A stretch of 55,652 nucleotides of DNA, the filler included, from Trypethelium eluteriae (taxonomy: Eukaryota): NCBI GenBank assembly GCA_051942245.1. It is 4 parts of 4 records of this genome, joined end to end, with 100 filler letters (N's around TTAATTAATTAA, not from the genome) between each part and the next. Parts side by side here need not be neighbours in the genome. Positions count along the whole stretch, not along the records: positions 14,025 to 27,888 come from JAVECL010000713.1; 3 more parts are not named here. One strand, given 5' to 3'. A model generated the notes under the pieces. That model searched no databases and had not been told where the DNA came from. It worked only from the letters and a program-made list of their open reading frames with translations. Both the position numbers and the translations under genes were made by a program. Positions 13,925-26,264 of the stretch are shown here, piece by piece (position 1 is the first letter of the stretch; each line of letters starts with the position of its first letter).

Positions 13925-14024
13925 NNNNNNNNNNNNNNNNNNNNNNNNNNNNNNNNNNNNNNNNNNNNTTAATTAATTAANNNNNNNNNNNNNNNNNNNN
14001 NNNNNNNNNNNNNNNNNNNNNNNN
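13925..14024. other. Artificial contig-join spacer (44 N + TTAATTAATTAA + 44 N)
   Basis: The 12-mer places TAA in all six frames; identical 100-bp structure at three sites. Confidence 0.97.
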
Positions 14025-14211
14025 GGTGGGAGCGTGGTGTGAGAGAAGTCGTTGAAGGTGCGAGAGAGGAAGGATGGCAGAAGCTGGCTGCGAAATTAAC
14101 GACTGCAGTCTACTGCAATGTTGTGCAGCTGCAGGCCTAGTGTAATGCGCACCCAAACACAAGACTTGGAAGCTCTGGGTACGTAACTATCCGGAACGAG
14201 GTCCTGCTTGT

Positions 14212-14240
14212 CGTCCTGCTCGTCCTCGTCCTCGTCCTCG
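14212..14240. repeat. (CGTCCT)n hexamer microsatellite
   Basis: cgtcctgctcgtcctcgtcctcgtcctcg. Confidence 0.6.
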
Positions 14241-14816
14241 CCGTGCTGGCACTGCTTCCGTACCGAAGTACCGTCCTTGCCCCCCCGCGTCGTTCGCCTC
14301 GTCTCGTCGCCTGCTCGTCTCGTGGGCGCCGGGCCAGCCCAAGGAGCAGCGTTCGGCGGGATCTGCTTGATCGTGCTGGACGAGAGTCAGTTCTGCTACA
14401 AAGGAATGACCCTGCATACCATCACCCCGCCCCAATTCGGTCAGCCGCATCCAGCACCAATCAAGCCTGTGCTCGCCAGGACGGCGAAGATTGGCTCGTA
14501 ATCGCGCGTTGCCGGGGGGCTCCCCGTCCATCCATGGGTGCTCAGCGCTGCTCAGTGGCCCCCCAGCGCTCCCCAGCGCTCCTCAGCACTCCTCATTGCT
14601 TCCCTTCCCGCCTCTCAACCGCGCTTCTCACGGCCGAGGACGCGGTGATCCCCTCGTTATGTCAATCGGACCCTGTGTGGGTCCCGTCCGCCGTCTCCTC
14701 GTCTTCTTTCGCTCCCAGGCCCGGCAGCCGGGTCGGATGGTGGCTGACGGACCTGCAGATAATATAATATGAAGCAAACATTAGCCCAACGGCGAAACGC
14801 CAAGCTCCGTCGAAAC

Positions 14817-14838
14817 TTTTTTTTTTTTTCCTTTTTTT
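14817..14838. repeat. Poly(T) tract (T13-CC-T7)
   Basis: Directly visible; typical nucleosome-excluding promoter element. Confidence 0.7.
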
Positions 14839-15594
14839 GCGCGCATGCTCACGTGTCGATCGGCGCGTGGTTCATGAAACGTCGAGACTTCGGCGCAAGC
14901 TGAGGTACGTGTACGCGCTGATCATGGCTCCTGGGCGCCTACGTGCGCACCTGCCCAGCTGCTCATGGAAGACTCAGTCCTCTCTTTATACACCATGGAG
15001 CGTGACTTGAACAGCTCATCAGGCATGTGTTTGGTGGCTATTTGCTGCAAGGCCACGTCAAGAGATGGTGCGCCCTCTCCATTTTCGCTATCGATTAAGC
15101 TACAACCCCTCCAGCCAAGTCGTTACGTGCTACTGTACTCTCCTCTCTTCTCTCAGTTTTTCACTCTCGAGAAGTGTCAAAAATGAAAGGCTATCTACAA
15201 GCAATTCGGCACGTGCGAGGCTCGGTACTGCAGCTAGAAATTCACGACAGCCAATGGCAGCTCGCTTGGTGCTGTAGCGTTCTGACCTCGTGCACGTACA
15301 TGTACACTGGTCTGTATACAGAATTGTTGGGCGTGCGAGGGAGAAGCCCATGTGCAGATCCCCCGAGCTGAAAATCGGACGGCTGAGGCCACGCGATATT
15401 TGCAGGACGGGAGACGGGCTGCAGCAGCAGCACCGTAAGCACCATAAGCGTGCCTCAGGACCATTTTGCCGGAGTTGCGCCCATTGGTCCGATTTGCTTC
15501 CCCCGCGAACCTATGACAGTTCGGCTTCAAAGTGGCTTCAGTGGCTTCCAAAAGCTGGACCAACTGTCCCACCGTCCGCTGGACCCATTTCATC

Positions 15595-16916
15595 CTATAC
15601 CCATTCAACCGGCTTCTTGAGCACGTTCACCAACCTCTCTTCTCTGCTCCCTCTGTCTGCCTCGTGCATGTATTCCCACCTTGCCGTTAGAGGCAGACTC
15701 ATCAGAATACTCTCCACCCTGGCCCCTGGCGTACTTAATCCAAAACTGGTACCCCGATCGTGCACAAGGTTGAATTCAACGTACCTTCCCCTTCTCACCT
15801 GCTGCCACATTTTCTCCTTTTCTCCAAATGTCATGTCCTTTCGGCGCATCACGATTGGCAGGTAGGATGGGAGGAAGGCCTCGAGGCAGTCCTGCACAAA
15901 GGCGAAAAGTTGTTCTTGGTCCTTTTCGCTTTCGTCAAGATCGTCAAAGAAGATGCCGCCCACCCCACGGCCTTCGCCGCGGTGCTTGACGTAAAAGTAA
16001 TCGTCACACCATTTCTTGAACCGCGGATAGTAGCTGCGGTCATGCGCGTCGCAGGCCACCTTGATGGCTTTGTGGAAATGAATCACATCTTCATCGAAGA
16101 GGTACGACGGTGTCAAATCGGTGCCTCCGCCATACCACCATGCGTTGCTGCTCCCGTCGGCATTGGCCGTCTCGAAGTATCGGTAGTTCAGATGGACAGT
16201 TGGTGTGTTGGGGTTGTGTGGGTGGAGGACCAGGCTTAGACCTGCCGCGAAGAATTCCAGGCTTTCCACATCCGGATCCAATGCTTTGTGATTGACTCGC
16301 ATTTTTGCAATTGCCGCCCTAGGAAGCGTACCGTAGACAATTGAAGTGTTGACGCCTGCCTTCTCAAACACATCGCCATCTTGCAGCACACAGCTGATAC
16401 CGCCGCCCCCGTCAGGCCGGTCCCATTTGTCGATGCGGAACCGCTTCCCGTCCACCTTTTCGAGCTCGCGCACAATCTTCTCTTGCTGCGATTTGATGAA
16501 GGCTTCCATGCGGAGACGCATTGGGGAGGCGGCGGTAATTCCAGACTCTCGTTTGGTGAGAGTGTCCCTCTCGGCGATAGTCGGGCTGTCAAGTCTCTCA
16601 ACCTCGCCTGTGGCCTAGTCAACGTCAGCGTAGCTCTATTTGGTATTCCGGTTGCAACTCATGTCTGCATGCAACTTGCCATGGAATATATCAAAGCCCC
16701 ACAAAGGACAAGACCCATTGCAATCCGAGTCTTCGGTGCAAAAGGCTTGGATGGCCGCTCCGTTCGATTTTGTCTCGTTCGATCATCTTGTGGTCCGTTG
16801 GTAGATGCATGTCGAGATATCCGGGGTTTATGGAATGCTCTGAATCGAGGAACATAGTAGGTGTGCTGGAATCCTGAAGTAGCTGCGGAACGCAGGCACA
16901 GACGAGGGGCAGCCAT
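15595..16916 (-). CDS. HEM13: Coproporphyrinogen III oxidase with N-terminal presequence and TM helix, 2 exons
   Basis: FEKAGVN, HPHNPNTPTVHLNYRYF, GGGTDLTP, RGVGGIFFDD, RRGRYVEFNL; exon 1 16916-16680 and exon 2 from 16614 join in frame through a GC-AG intron. Confidence 0.95.
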
Positions 16917-17019
16917 GAGAGTTGGTTTCGATGAAAGGATTTTCACTAAGCATAAGAGAGGGAAAGATGGAGAGAGGGAGAGTGGTTATTGTACCTCCAT
17001 TAGCACGTCCTCTGGTTGT

Positions 17020-17039
17020 CCAATGGTATCAGAAGCAAT
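17020..17039 (+). promoter_or_regulatory. CSAAT-N12-RWT motif (CBC:HapX-type site) upstream of HEM13
   Basis: CCAAT ggtatcagaagc AAT, about 100 bp upstream of the HEM13 ATG. Confidence 0.5.
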
Positions 17040-18151
17040 GCTTGAAACAATGAGCGCAAAAACATGTGAGGCAAGATATTGATAGGGCCGATTGCTGTAT
17101 ACTACCTAGGTAGCTTTCACACACTAAGCCTCCCATTGGCCACGCATTTGCAACACTTGAAAAATGCGCTCGAGAACTACTCTACCATCGAACAACAGTC
17201 AACCGGAGTACTGTCATTTAGCTTCTGAGCGAACCGGCCGTTTGAAATTGAATTCTCAGCGAAATCTTCATTTGCTTCAAATTAGTGACGCAGTGCTGGA
17301 TACCTACATACCTTACCTATACCTACCTTCGGTACTTTGTGGCACGGTACGGAAGGATACATACCACACCATACGTCATACGGAACCCTTGGGAAACGCC
17401 GATGTCGCTAGTTTCCTTTCAGAAACTCAAGACGGGGTTGAGCGATATCCAGATACAGTAGTTACACGAATCGTCATTTTTGAGTGTACGATACATACAT
17501 TAAGATAGGCAGGAATTGAAGGGTACCAATACTCGTACGAACAAGAACAGCACGCGAGGAGACCACACCCCTCCTGCAAAAAAAAAAGTAATAGAGTAGT
17601 AGTCATGAAGTCTGAAGAGTAACTTTTAGATATTGGCGGTACTTAACCGTGAAAAGTTCACGCAGCACAAACGTTAATAACCACGTTGAGTTCATTCCAA
17701 ATGTTGATTTCTGAGGACGAACGAACCAGACCCCTATGTTATTTGATTACCTCACTACTCGAACTAATCAAGACGAAGCCTTCTGATCAATTTCATCATC
17801 ACCCCCGACATCCGCCCTGATATGGTCCATTACATTTGCTTCTGCGAATGAAGATATAGATCTTGGCTTGGTCAAGTGGCAGAGCTCAATAAGTTCTACT
17901 TATACAAGCCTCTGCATCCTGTACCTAGTTTTCTTTCTTGTATTGCCCAATTATTATTGAAAACCCGAGTGCCTTTGACACCGACAAGATATGGAAGGAT
18001 AGCATGTCTTGGGAGCGCGATACAGAGGAGACCAACCAAGGGCTTTCCATGCAATTGACACGTTAGCCCGAACAACAGGCTTGCCGCTCTGGTGAGGTAA
18101 CCTCCCGCTATCGCCTTTGTGCTCCTGTCCTTCGCTATGATACTTCAATTT

Positions 18152-21100
18152 TCATAGATATCCATTCGCCGCCAACCACTCCCTCACAATTTCCCTATCC
18201 CGCTCCCTATAGCTCGCATTCCCTTTGATCGTATCTGCAACTACCCCCAGCGTTCGATCGTAACCCTTATTGTCTTTGCCTTCGAAGAACGCCTCGATAT
18301 CCCTCCTTGCCCCCTCATCCGCAAACTTCCGCAATGTCAATCGCACAAACCGATCAAGAACAACCATATTGCCACCGAGCCGCTCCCTGATCATATCCCA
18401 ATGCTCCTTTATCCATTCCCATTGTATCTGCCTCGTCTTTCCATTGGCCGCTAAGGCACTTCCACCGCTATGCACGTCCTGCGTGGCAACTGCAGGGGAG
18501 AATAAAAACTCGAGATACTTCTTCGCTAGCTCTGGGGTTTGTACCCGTCCCAGAGAGTACAACGCTGCCTCTTTTCCATCGATCGAAGTCGTGGAGAGAT
18601 ATTCTTGCCTCACTCGCTCGTACGCCTCCTCGCCGCCTTCTCTCACAGCAATGTCGAAGATCGTGCGTCGCAGAGAAGGATGCACTGCGCTCTGGTCCCC
18701 CGACCGATAGGCTTCAAACCGCCTCTGTGCCTCCGCAACGATCGCCTCGTGCCCACACGCTCCGGCCGTGGACAGCAGGTTCGCTCGTAGCTGGCCTGTC
18801 AGGAAATCCTCCTGGGCTGTAAATTCCCACCCGACTTTCTCAGCCGCGGGTGAGACGAGCCGGAGCGTGAAGGCGCGGAGGGCGTGAGCAAGATGATCGT
18901 CGTCGGCGGAGAAGATGCTGCGGATCTCGGAGAGGGAGTCCGTGAGTTGGGCCCAGACGAGGGGATGGCGCTCAGCGCGGAAGCCGTCGAGAAAGGCAAG
19001 AACGGCGGCGGTCGTGCCGTGACCAGATTTGGCCAGCGCAGCGGCATCGCCGATGAGGCCGATGCGATCTTCAATCGACAGCTGATCCGCTGCTTGGCCG
19101 AGTTTGGCGAGACGTGCAGGCGGGTAGTTCGTGCGGTAGAAACCGGTTTGGTTTTTGTTGAACTTATAGAAGGTTTCGTTAACGTTTCGAATGGTTTCCT
19201 CCTTGGAGGTCAAGGCGCTGGCTTCCGTCGAAGCTGCCTGGTCCCCGGTGCTCAATTCGAGTGGGATCCACCATGTCGTCTGGTCCTCCTCTGCTTTGAC
19301 ATCTCCGGTCAACAGGAAGCGCGATTGCTCTACTCCAATCTGTCCGGGCTCTTCTGCAACGGTCACTACAGGAAAGCCTATCTTTCTGATCCATGCATCC
19401 ATGAATTGCGACACATCCTTGCCCGAGGCCTTGGCGAGAGCTACCCAAAGGTCATTGGTTGTTGCATTACCGTAAGTATGAGCTTTCAAATAGTCCGAGA
19501 CGCCCTTCAAAAATGTTTCAACACCAAGATGCGCAGCAAGCATGCGAATCACCGATGATCCCTTCAAGTAACTGATATGATCGAAGATTTGGTCGACTTC
19601 AAGGGCATCTCGGACTGGTACTTCGATGGGATGAGAGTTCCGCAACGAGTCTAATCCAAATGCTACCTGGGTGCCGTCGGTGATGAAATTTGCCCACGTA
19701 CTCCAGTCTATAGCTAATTAGTATAGAGCACTACCTTAAATCAGCTTCGCAATAATCCCTGCACTTACCAGGGTAGAGATGATCTAATGCAAACCACCCA
19801 ACCCAAGTTGCGAAGCCTTCGTTGAGCCATAGTTCGTTCCACCAATCCATCGTGACCAAGTTTCCAAACCATTGATGGGCAAGCTCGTGCGCAACGACGT
19901 AAGCAACCCTACGTCTAAACTTTTGGTCCGATGTCACTTCGTCAAACAAAACAGCAGTCGTCCTGCACCCTGTTATCGGTACTGGAAACGAAGACTTGCC
20001 ATCATTCGGTCAAGGGTGACGGGATGATATGGCTTACCGATATGTAATGAGGCCCCAATTCTCCATAGCGCCGTGCGACTAGCAATACTCGTCAGTGAAA
20101 TGTGCAAGGACCGAGACAACTGGAAAACTTATAATTGGCTGATTAAAATCTCAGCCACCGTAAATGATACAAACGAAATGGCAACAAGGGCTCACAAATT
20201 CATGCACAGCGAGCAAGTCAACTTTTGGTAATGGATACTCAAGGTGGAATATCTACAGCAGTCAGCATCCAGCCCAAACCTCATGCAATGGTCATCGAAA
20301 CCTACCTCTGAAAAATAATCCACGATCTGACACGCATTCCCCAATGCCCACCTGCCCTGTTCCTTAAGCCCCCTCGTCGTCCATACCCTCACGGGCAGCC
20401 TTCCTTCTTCTCTATATTCCCTCTTCGTCACACCCTCCACGCACTCAAAATCCCCTACCGCCCATGCCAATAGATACGTGCTCATCACAGGGGTTCGCTC
20501 AAACTTCACCTCCTTATATCCCGCCTTCTTGGTACTCCTGGTGGACGACTTCTCGGGCATATTGGATAGCGCGATCTGGTCCTCGGGAAGCTCGATCGTG
20601 ACATCGAAGGTGGCTTTGAGATTCGGTTCGTCCCAACATGGAAATACGCGGCGCGCGTCCGAGGACTCGAACTGGGTCGAGAACATGTAGTAGGATCCGT
20701 CGATAACGGGCACGGATTTTGCGGGAGAGGTGACAGGGCGGTATTTGGAGCGGTAGAAGCCAGCCATCTGTGTTTCCACGGGGTCAACCTATCTGCCTGC
20801 AAGACCTGAGAGGATTTGGTGAAATGGGATGATTGAGGTGAAATAGCATGATTGACTAACGGTGTCATTTATGGTGCCGGCGAAGTTGATTGTTAGTTTG
20901 CCATGAGGTGCAGTGGGCACTTCCGTCCCGAAATGCAAAGTCGCTCGACGAGCCTTCTCGTCATATGTGACATCGCTAGCTTCAATAGAAGACTCGGTTT
21001 TCGTATGCTCAGTGAACAGCTCAGCACTGTGGATCTGTAATTGGTACGCATTTAGCGTGATTTCCGTAAGGGCTTGATTGATCTCAATGTCAACTGTGAC

Positions 21101-21261
21101 GGTGCCATGATATGAGAATTGACCGCCAAGCTCTAAATTGTAGATACTCAGGTCGTAGTTTTTCGGTTTGACGCTGGGAAATGGCGTTAGCTGCTATTTG
21201 TAGAGGACATTTGCATGGAGAGGTATTACTTGGCCGGCAAGATATCACGGTCCAGAGCCAT
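18152..21261 (-). CDS. M1-family (puromycin-sensitive/Ape2-like) aminopeptidase, multi-exon; possible longer start at 21507
   Basis: [18 protein letters not shown], small exon [14 protein letters not shown], zinc motif [27 protein letters not shown]1-like C-terminal domain. Confidence 0.95.
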
Positions 21262-22100
21262 TTCCACAGTGTTTCTCCCAACTGTGGTTTTCTTCGAAGT
21301 CCTGAAACTTCTCTGCCAGTTGAGTCGCTGCGAAAAAGCCGGTACCGTGCTGACAGGTGAGTAGGATAGATGAAGTAGACTGACAGAAAGGGAAGTCGGT
21401 CGTATGTAAAGAACCTGATGTGAAGGACTACGTCCACTCCAAGCACGTCTCACAGTCCGCGGCAGAAATGCCCCGCGTGTCGTCAGCGGGGTAATAGCAA
21501 TGCTCATTACCTGGATGGGCCGCTAGTCATTGGCTTGGCCAGGCTACTTGCAGGGCGATGATGCCAGGAAGCACAGCATCTACGGAAAAAGGATCCAAGG
21601 GTCTGTTTCACTGCATGGCATGTATCAGTGGGGAACAGAGGAACTAATGCCGGGAAGCTAGAGCCCAGATACGCAGAGGTAAAGGCCCTAGGTAATAGCG
21701 TCTACGCAACGTAAGACAGTCTCTACCACCCTTATCTAAAATGAGATTGCGGAGAAACTGCATTTGAGATGATATTCTATTATGGCTAATAGAGCGAAGA
21801 GTGCTTCGACCCTGTGCTACGAATACATCCAGTCATCTTAGTGTCCATCTCTATTTCATCGTTATTCCCACGACCCCAGACTCTCATCATCAAATGAGTG
21901 TTTCCGATCCTGGACTCTCAACGCCCAAACCCTAATAAAGCAAGTTACCTAAAACCACGTTATTGAGAGAGAGAAGAAATTAGAAAGGAAGGAGCAGAAG
22001 AAAGTGTAGACAAGGCAATAACCCCCGCGCAAATACCTAGGTATCTGATAAGCCCACACATGCTTGCTATATAGTCGGCACCGTATCGTCATCCATATTT

Positions 22101-25100
22101 TCATGTCTCCATGGCCGGCATAGTGATCTTCTTCACCATCGCCTGCTGCGCTGCACCCGCACCTCCCACAAGCGCCGGATCAATATTGCGATCTGCAGGC
22201 GGACGATTCTGCGCACCGGGTGTGCAGTCGCTCAATGGACTCGGAATTGGACGTTGTGGACTTGTCTTTCCTACCCTCGTGGCACTACCCTCTCCCTTGG
22301 CAGTCTCGCCCATTTTCTTGAGTAGCTCTTCATACCGTTGCATGCTCGCCGCCTCGGGTATGGGATTTCGCGCTTCGCGGCCGATCTGGCTTTGGAAGTC
22401 CGCCATGCTCTGGTACTGGGGCTCGGGTTTCATCGGCTGTGCATACTTGGCGTGAGCGAGTTCATACGGTTGGTGGCTATGAGATGACAAGGGTCGTCCG
22501 ATCGACTGAGAACGGGGACGTGGTAGAGTAAAGGGGGACCGCTCAGGATTCGGCTGATACTCAAGCGAGAATCCACCAGGAAGTGGGTAGGGCGATACGT
22601 AGTGCTTGGGCTTACGAAGGTATGAGTTTCGAAGATATGGATACTTTTGTAAGTGAGATAGATAGTCAGTATCCGTGGGTGGCGACTGCTTCGGCGTGGC
22701 AAGGCTTTGTGCCGAATGACGCGAGGGCGGAGGTGTAAATGGATTGTTCGAGCTTGTTGGCGAAGTTGCGTTGCCGCTTCCCATCATCGGCGCGACTGGG
22801 GCACGCTGCTGTGTCGGCTGAACAAGCTTTGAAATTGGCGTAACTGAAAACGGTGAGTATGGTTGGAATGGGTTCTGCTGAGGTGTTGATAATCCTTGCA
22901 GGAGTCTTGGATCAATCTTTGGATCGCTCAGAGGTTGACTCGGCCGTCGTTGCGGGACAGCAGGAGGCGAGTGTGCGTGCGAAGCTCGTTGTTGCATCGG
23001 CGCTGGTGGTGCTTTTGAAGACGAGCTGTATGCCGCGTGTCCCATATACATGGTAGGACCGTTTACTCCAGGTCGCGCTGCAGCTGTGAGCGGCGGAAGA
23101 GGCGCACGCTGAGCCGGACCAGAGCCTTGAGTCAAAAAGCTTTTTTGTTTCCTAAGAGATTCAGGGTCAACAGTGTATTGGGCAGGGATCTTTGGCTTGT
23201 ACTCGTACGGTCTTTCGTTGGGTCGCACCAGTGGCTGGATCTGTGCATGTCGAGATGTTGCCATTGCACCGTTGAGAGCATTTACATTTGCACCGTTCGG
23301 ATAAATGATGTTGTGCGGCTTGCGCTCTACATGGTGAACAGGTGGACCAGGTGGCTTGACAGTATCCAGGAAATTGCTCTTGAGGTTATGAGTCATAATT
23401 CTGAGGTCGTGTGTATATTGAGCTCGAGCTTCCGTTGATGTCTTTCCTAGGTAGAACCAGAGCTGATCCGGCTTGTCCAGCTGAATCTTCGCCTGCGCAG
23501 GATTAGTACATTCAGATCGCGACACCGGATTGAACTCCTGCCACCTAAAGGCAGTGTTATCTTGGAAGGGATCACCAATCGTAGGAGGTCCATCCTTTTG
23601 ATTCGCGGTGGATACTGCAGATTGGCTGATTTCAGCAGGCAAGGGAATCGCCTTCTCGGACGGCCTAGGTCGCTCAGATTTGGTAGGGTCAAGAGGCGCG
23701 AACCATTTCCATTCCACCTCGATGTGGCCCCCTTCTGGCAAAATGTCCAAGATCGCCGTTTGTTCTGCGGCACGGTTCTCTACAACGATACCTGCGAAAA
23801 CCTCGCCATGGCCAACCTGGGCTTGAGCCACCTGCTTGGGCTGCAGGTTCCTTGCATAGTCCATGACCGATTGGTCTTTTTCGAGGAGCTCGAAATTAAA
23901 GTTCCTCGGCTTCTTGGGCCTATGGAAGCGGCACCGGGCGTGATAGCCATCCATGTAATATTCGGTGCCATCTTCACCAAAGGTAGGAACATGTCCGAAG
24001 TCCAGCTCCACGCCTGCTGCTTGTGCACACGTCCCGTGATAGGCTCTCGTGCACTTTTTAGAGCCACACTGGAAACACGATCCATGCTTGGAGCGGCAGA
24101 AGATGCATTTGAGCTCCATTCGGGCCTTATCAATGCCAGCCACATTGCACACTGTCCTCCTGCCGTTGATTTCGGCGACCCAGGTTTCGGGAGTGAGCAG
24201 GCCACAGATTTCGTGTGCTTTCTGACCGTTGTCTGTTGGGAGAAGCTTGTCAAAGCTAGCAACATTGGGACACAAAACACAAGGAGGTTCTAATAGAGGC
24301 TTGAGCCTGAATCTGATTTTCTTCACCTTCTTTCCAGTGTCCTTGTCCTTGGGATCCCGCTTCCTCTTTCGCGGCGCTGATTTGGACTTCCCAGCGACAC
24401 TTTGCGGTGGGCTGGGTAAATTACCTCCTTCGTCTTCTAGTTCGTCGTCATCGTCGTCATCGTCAGTTTCTTCGTAGTATTCAGGAGTAGGCTCTCCTCG
24501 AAGTTTCCGTTCGATCTCATGGACGTCGACCCAGACACTATCGGCTTCACAGTGGCATTTGCGTGCAATCTTGCCATAGTCGAGCCAGGCTTCCGTAGCG
24601 AAGTTGACGGACTCCGCGCAATTGTATCCAATGTTGTAACCAGAGTGATATCCGTATGGAAAAGTTATGACGAACTCGCCTTCGTAATGGACGAGCTTGT
24701 TGACCGTGATGTTGTACTGTTGCTTCAACAACGATGGGGAAATGAGATAGGTCTTGTGGCGCAAGAATTGATCACAGTTCTTTGCGTCGTTAGGCCAGAC
24801 ATCTGGAGGGACTGATCAGTATTCGCGATACTACGATAGAAATCCTACGAGTACGTACTTTTCATCGCCGCCTCGAATCGCCGAGCATCTTCCTGGGAAA
24901 TACTATACCATTGCTTTGGAGCGCCGAAATGAATGTAGTTGATGCTATACAAGTCAACATCTTCCAAATGCCAGGCGAAGGTAGCTTTCCACATCCCAAG
25001 ATACAGATAAGCCGTATTGACACCAGGCACTTTAGTACCGAGAACATCGAGAAGATTCTCCAATTTCGCCACGTTCCAGCTCGTGGTGGAGTCGTTGAAA

Positions 25101-26264
25101 AGAGATCCCGGCATGTCAGCTCCGTACATGGGCGGGGCATAGGTCAGACTTTTCCAATACTTGTCCTCCAATTCTGCGCATCGCTCTGGAGTGTACTCGT
25201 CCACATCTTCCAGTTTGTAGCCAAAGCCTTCGAATGCTGCTTCATCAACTTCTTCTACCCGTTCTTCGCGGTTATTCATGCGTCGAGAGGACACGGACTT
25301 GGCCTGACTGCCGCCGCCCTTTGATGGCGAAGCCTTGGCTTCTTTCTTCGGCTTCGTCTTTGCGGGCTTTTCTTCCTCCGGAGGAGACACAGGAGTTGGT
25401 GGCTCTCGAGCCTGATCTTCGTCGTTTTCATCTTCAACTTTGGGCTTAACTTCTGGCAGTGGGTTCTTTCGAGGTCTGCCGGGTCTCCGTTTTGTTCCCT
25501 CTGGAATCTCTGCGGGAGGAGGGCGAATGGTGGTCGCTTTCTTGGCACCAGAGCCCCGGACGATCTTCGGTTGGTGCCGACGTCGTTCACCACGCTTGGC
25601 AGGAGGCTGGTGTTGGGTTTCTTCGGTCAAGGATTTCCATTGCGGTAGATTATATGATCTCTGCTTTTCGATGTTTGCTTGAGTGTAAGTGCCGTGAGTA
25701 CCCGAGAACTCCTGGGTAATTGGATTTTTCACCTTGATCGTTTTCACGGCTTCGTCGAGCTGGGCAAGGGAGTCGCGCCTAATGCGAGGGTTCTATTAGA
25801 TTTGGAGGGATTGGATGCGGAGCTGGGTGCTTACCATTCTTGCGGGGGCACGACTTTAACGATGCCCGATCGCATTCCGTATTTATTGATCTTGTCTATG
25901 AACTTCTTAAAGCTTTTGAATTGCTTCATAGTCTAGAACTCAGTATCGCGATTAGCCTCTGTGCGAAGGTGCATGTGAAAGAGCTCTTTCGGTCCACTGA
26001 TAACACCAGGGAGGGATAATTTAAGAGCTTCAGTAGACCTACCGGCTTGAAGACTGGCACTCGGCCATCATCCCAGTAATGGTCCGGCTCAATTTCGCCA
26101 ATGTCCTCGTCATCTTCCAACTCAACATCAGAAAGGTCCGAGGACGCTTCGGCAGCCTTATCCATGTCCTCACTGGCTGGTGGGGTGAGATTCTCAGCTG
26201 CAACGCTGGGCTTCTCATCCTCCGGCGGAGCTTCAATAGTCTGATGCACCATCTCCACTTCCAT
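22101..26264 (-). CDS. RPH1: JmjN/JmjC histone H3K9/K36 demethylase (KDM4/Rph1/KdmA family), 4 exons
   Basis: JmjN start VPVFKP; JmjC YLYLGMWKATFAWHLEDVDLYSINYIHFGAPKQWY and YHSGYN..NCAES.NFA; AT-hook RRPGRPRK; extended PHD zinc finger; Pro-rich tail. Confidence 0.94.

Noticed and set aside
13969..13980. TTAATTAATTAA palindrome occurring three times
   Set aside because: Assembly linker, not a transposon end or target site
14187..14772. Several overlapping 90-170 aa ORFs
   Set aside because: Low-complexity GC-rich frames, mostly with non-ATG starts, no domain and no splice-supported structure
17326..17356. Imperfect hairpin CCTTCGGTAC..GTACGGAAGG in the HEM13 upstream region
   Set aside because: 10-bp stem with a mismatch in low-complexity TACC-rich DNA; no supporting context
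17798..17807. ATCACCCCCG, similar to an SREBP site upstream of HEM13
   Set aside because: Mismatches the ..CCAC end and lies about 880 bp away; too weak to call
20136..20157. TGGCTGA-N8-TCAGCCA hairpin containing GCTGAGA in an aminopeptidase intron
   Set aside because: Only a 7-bp stem, no other riboswitch elements, and the gene is unrelated to thiamine
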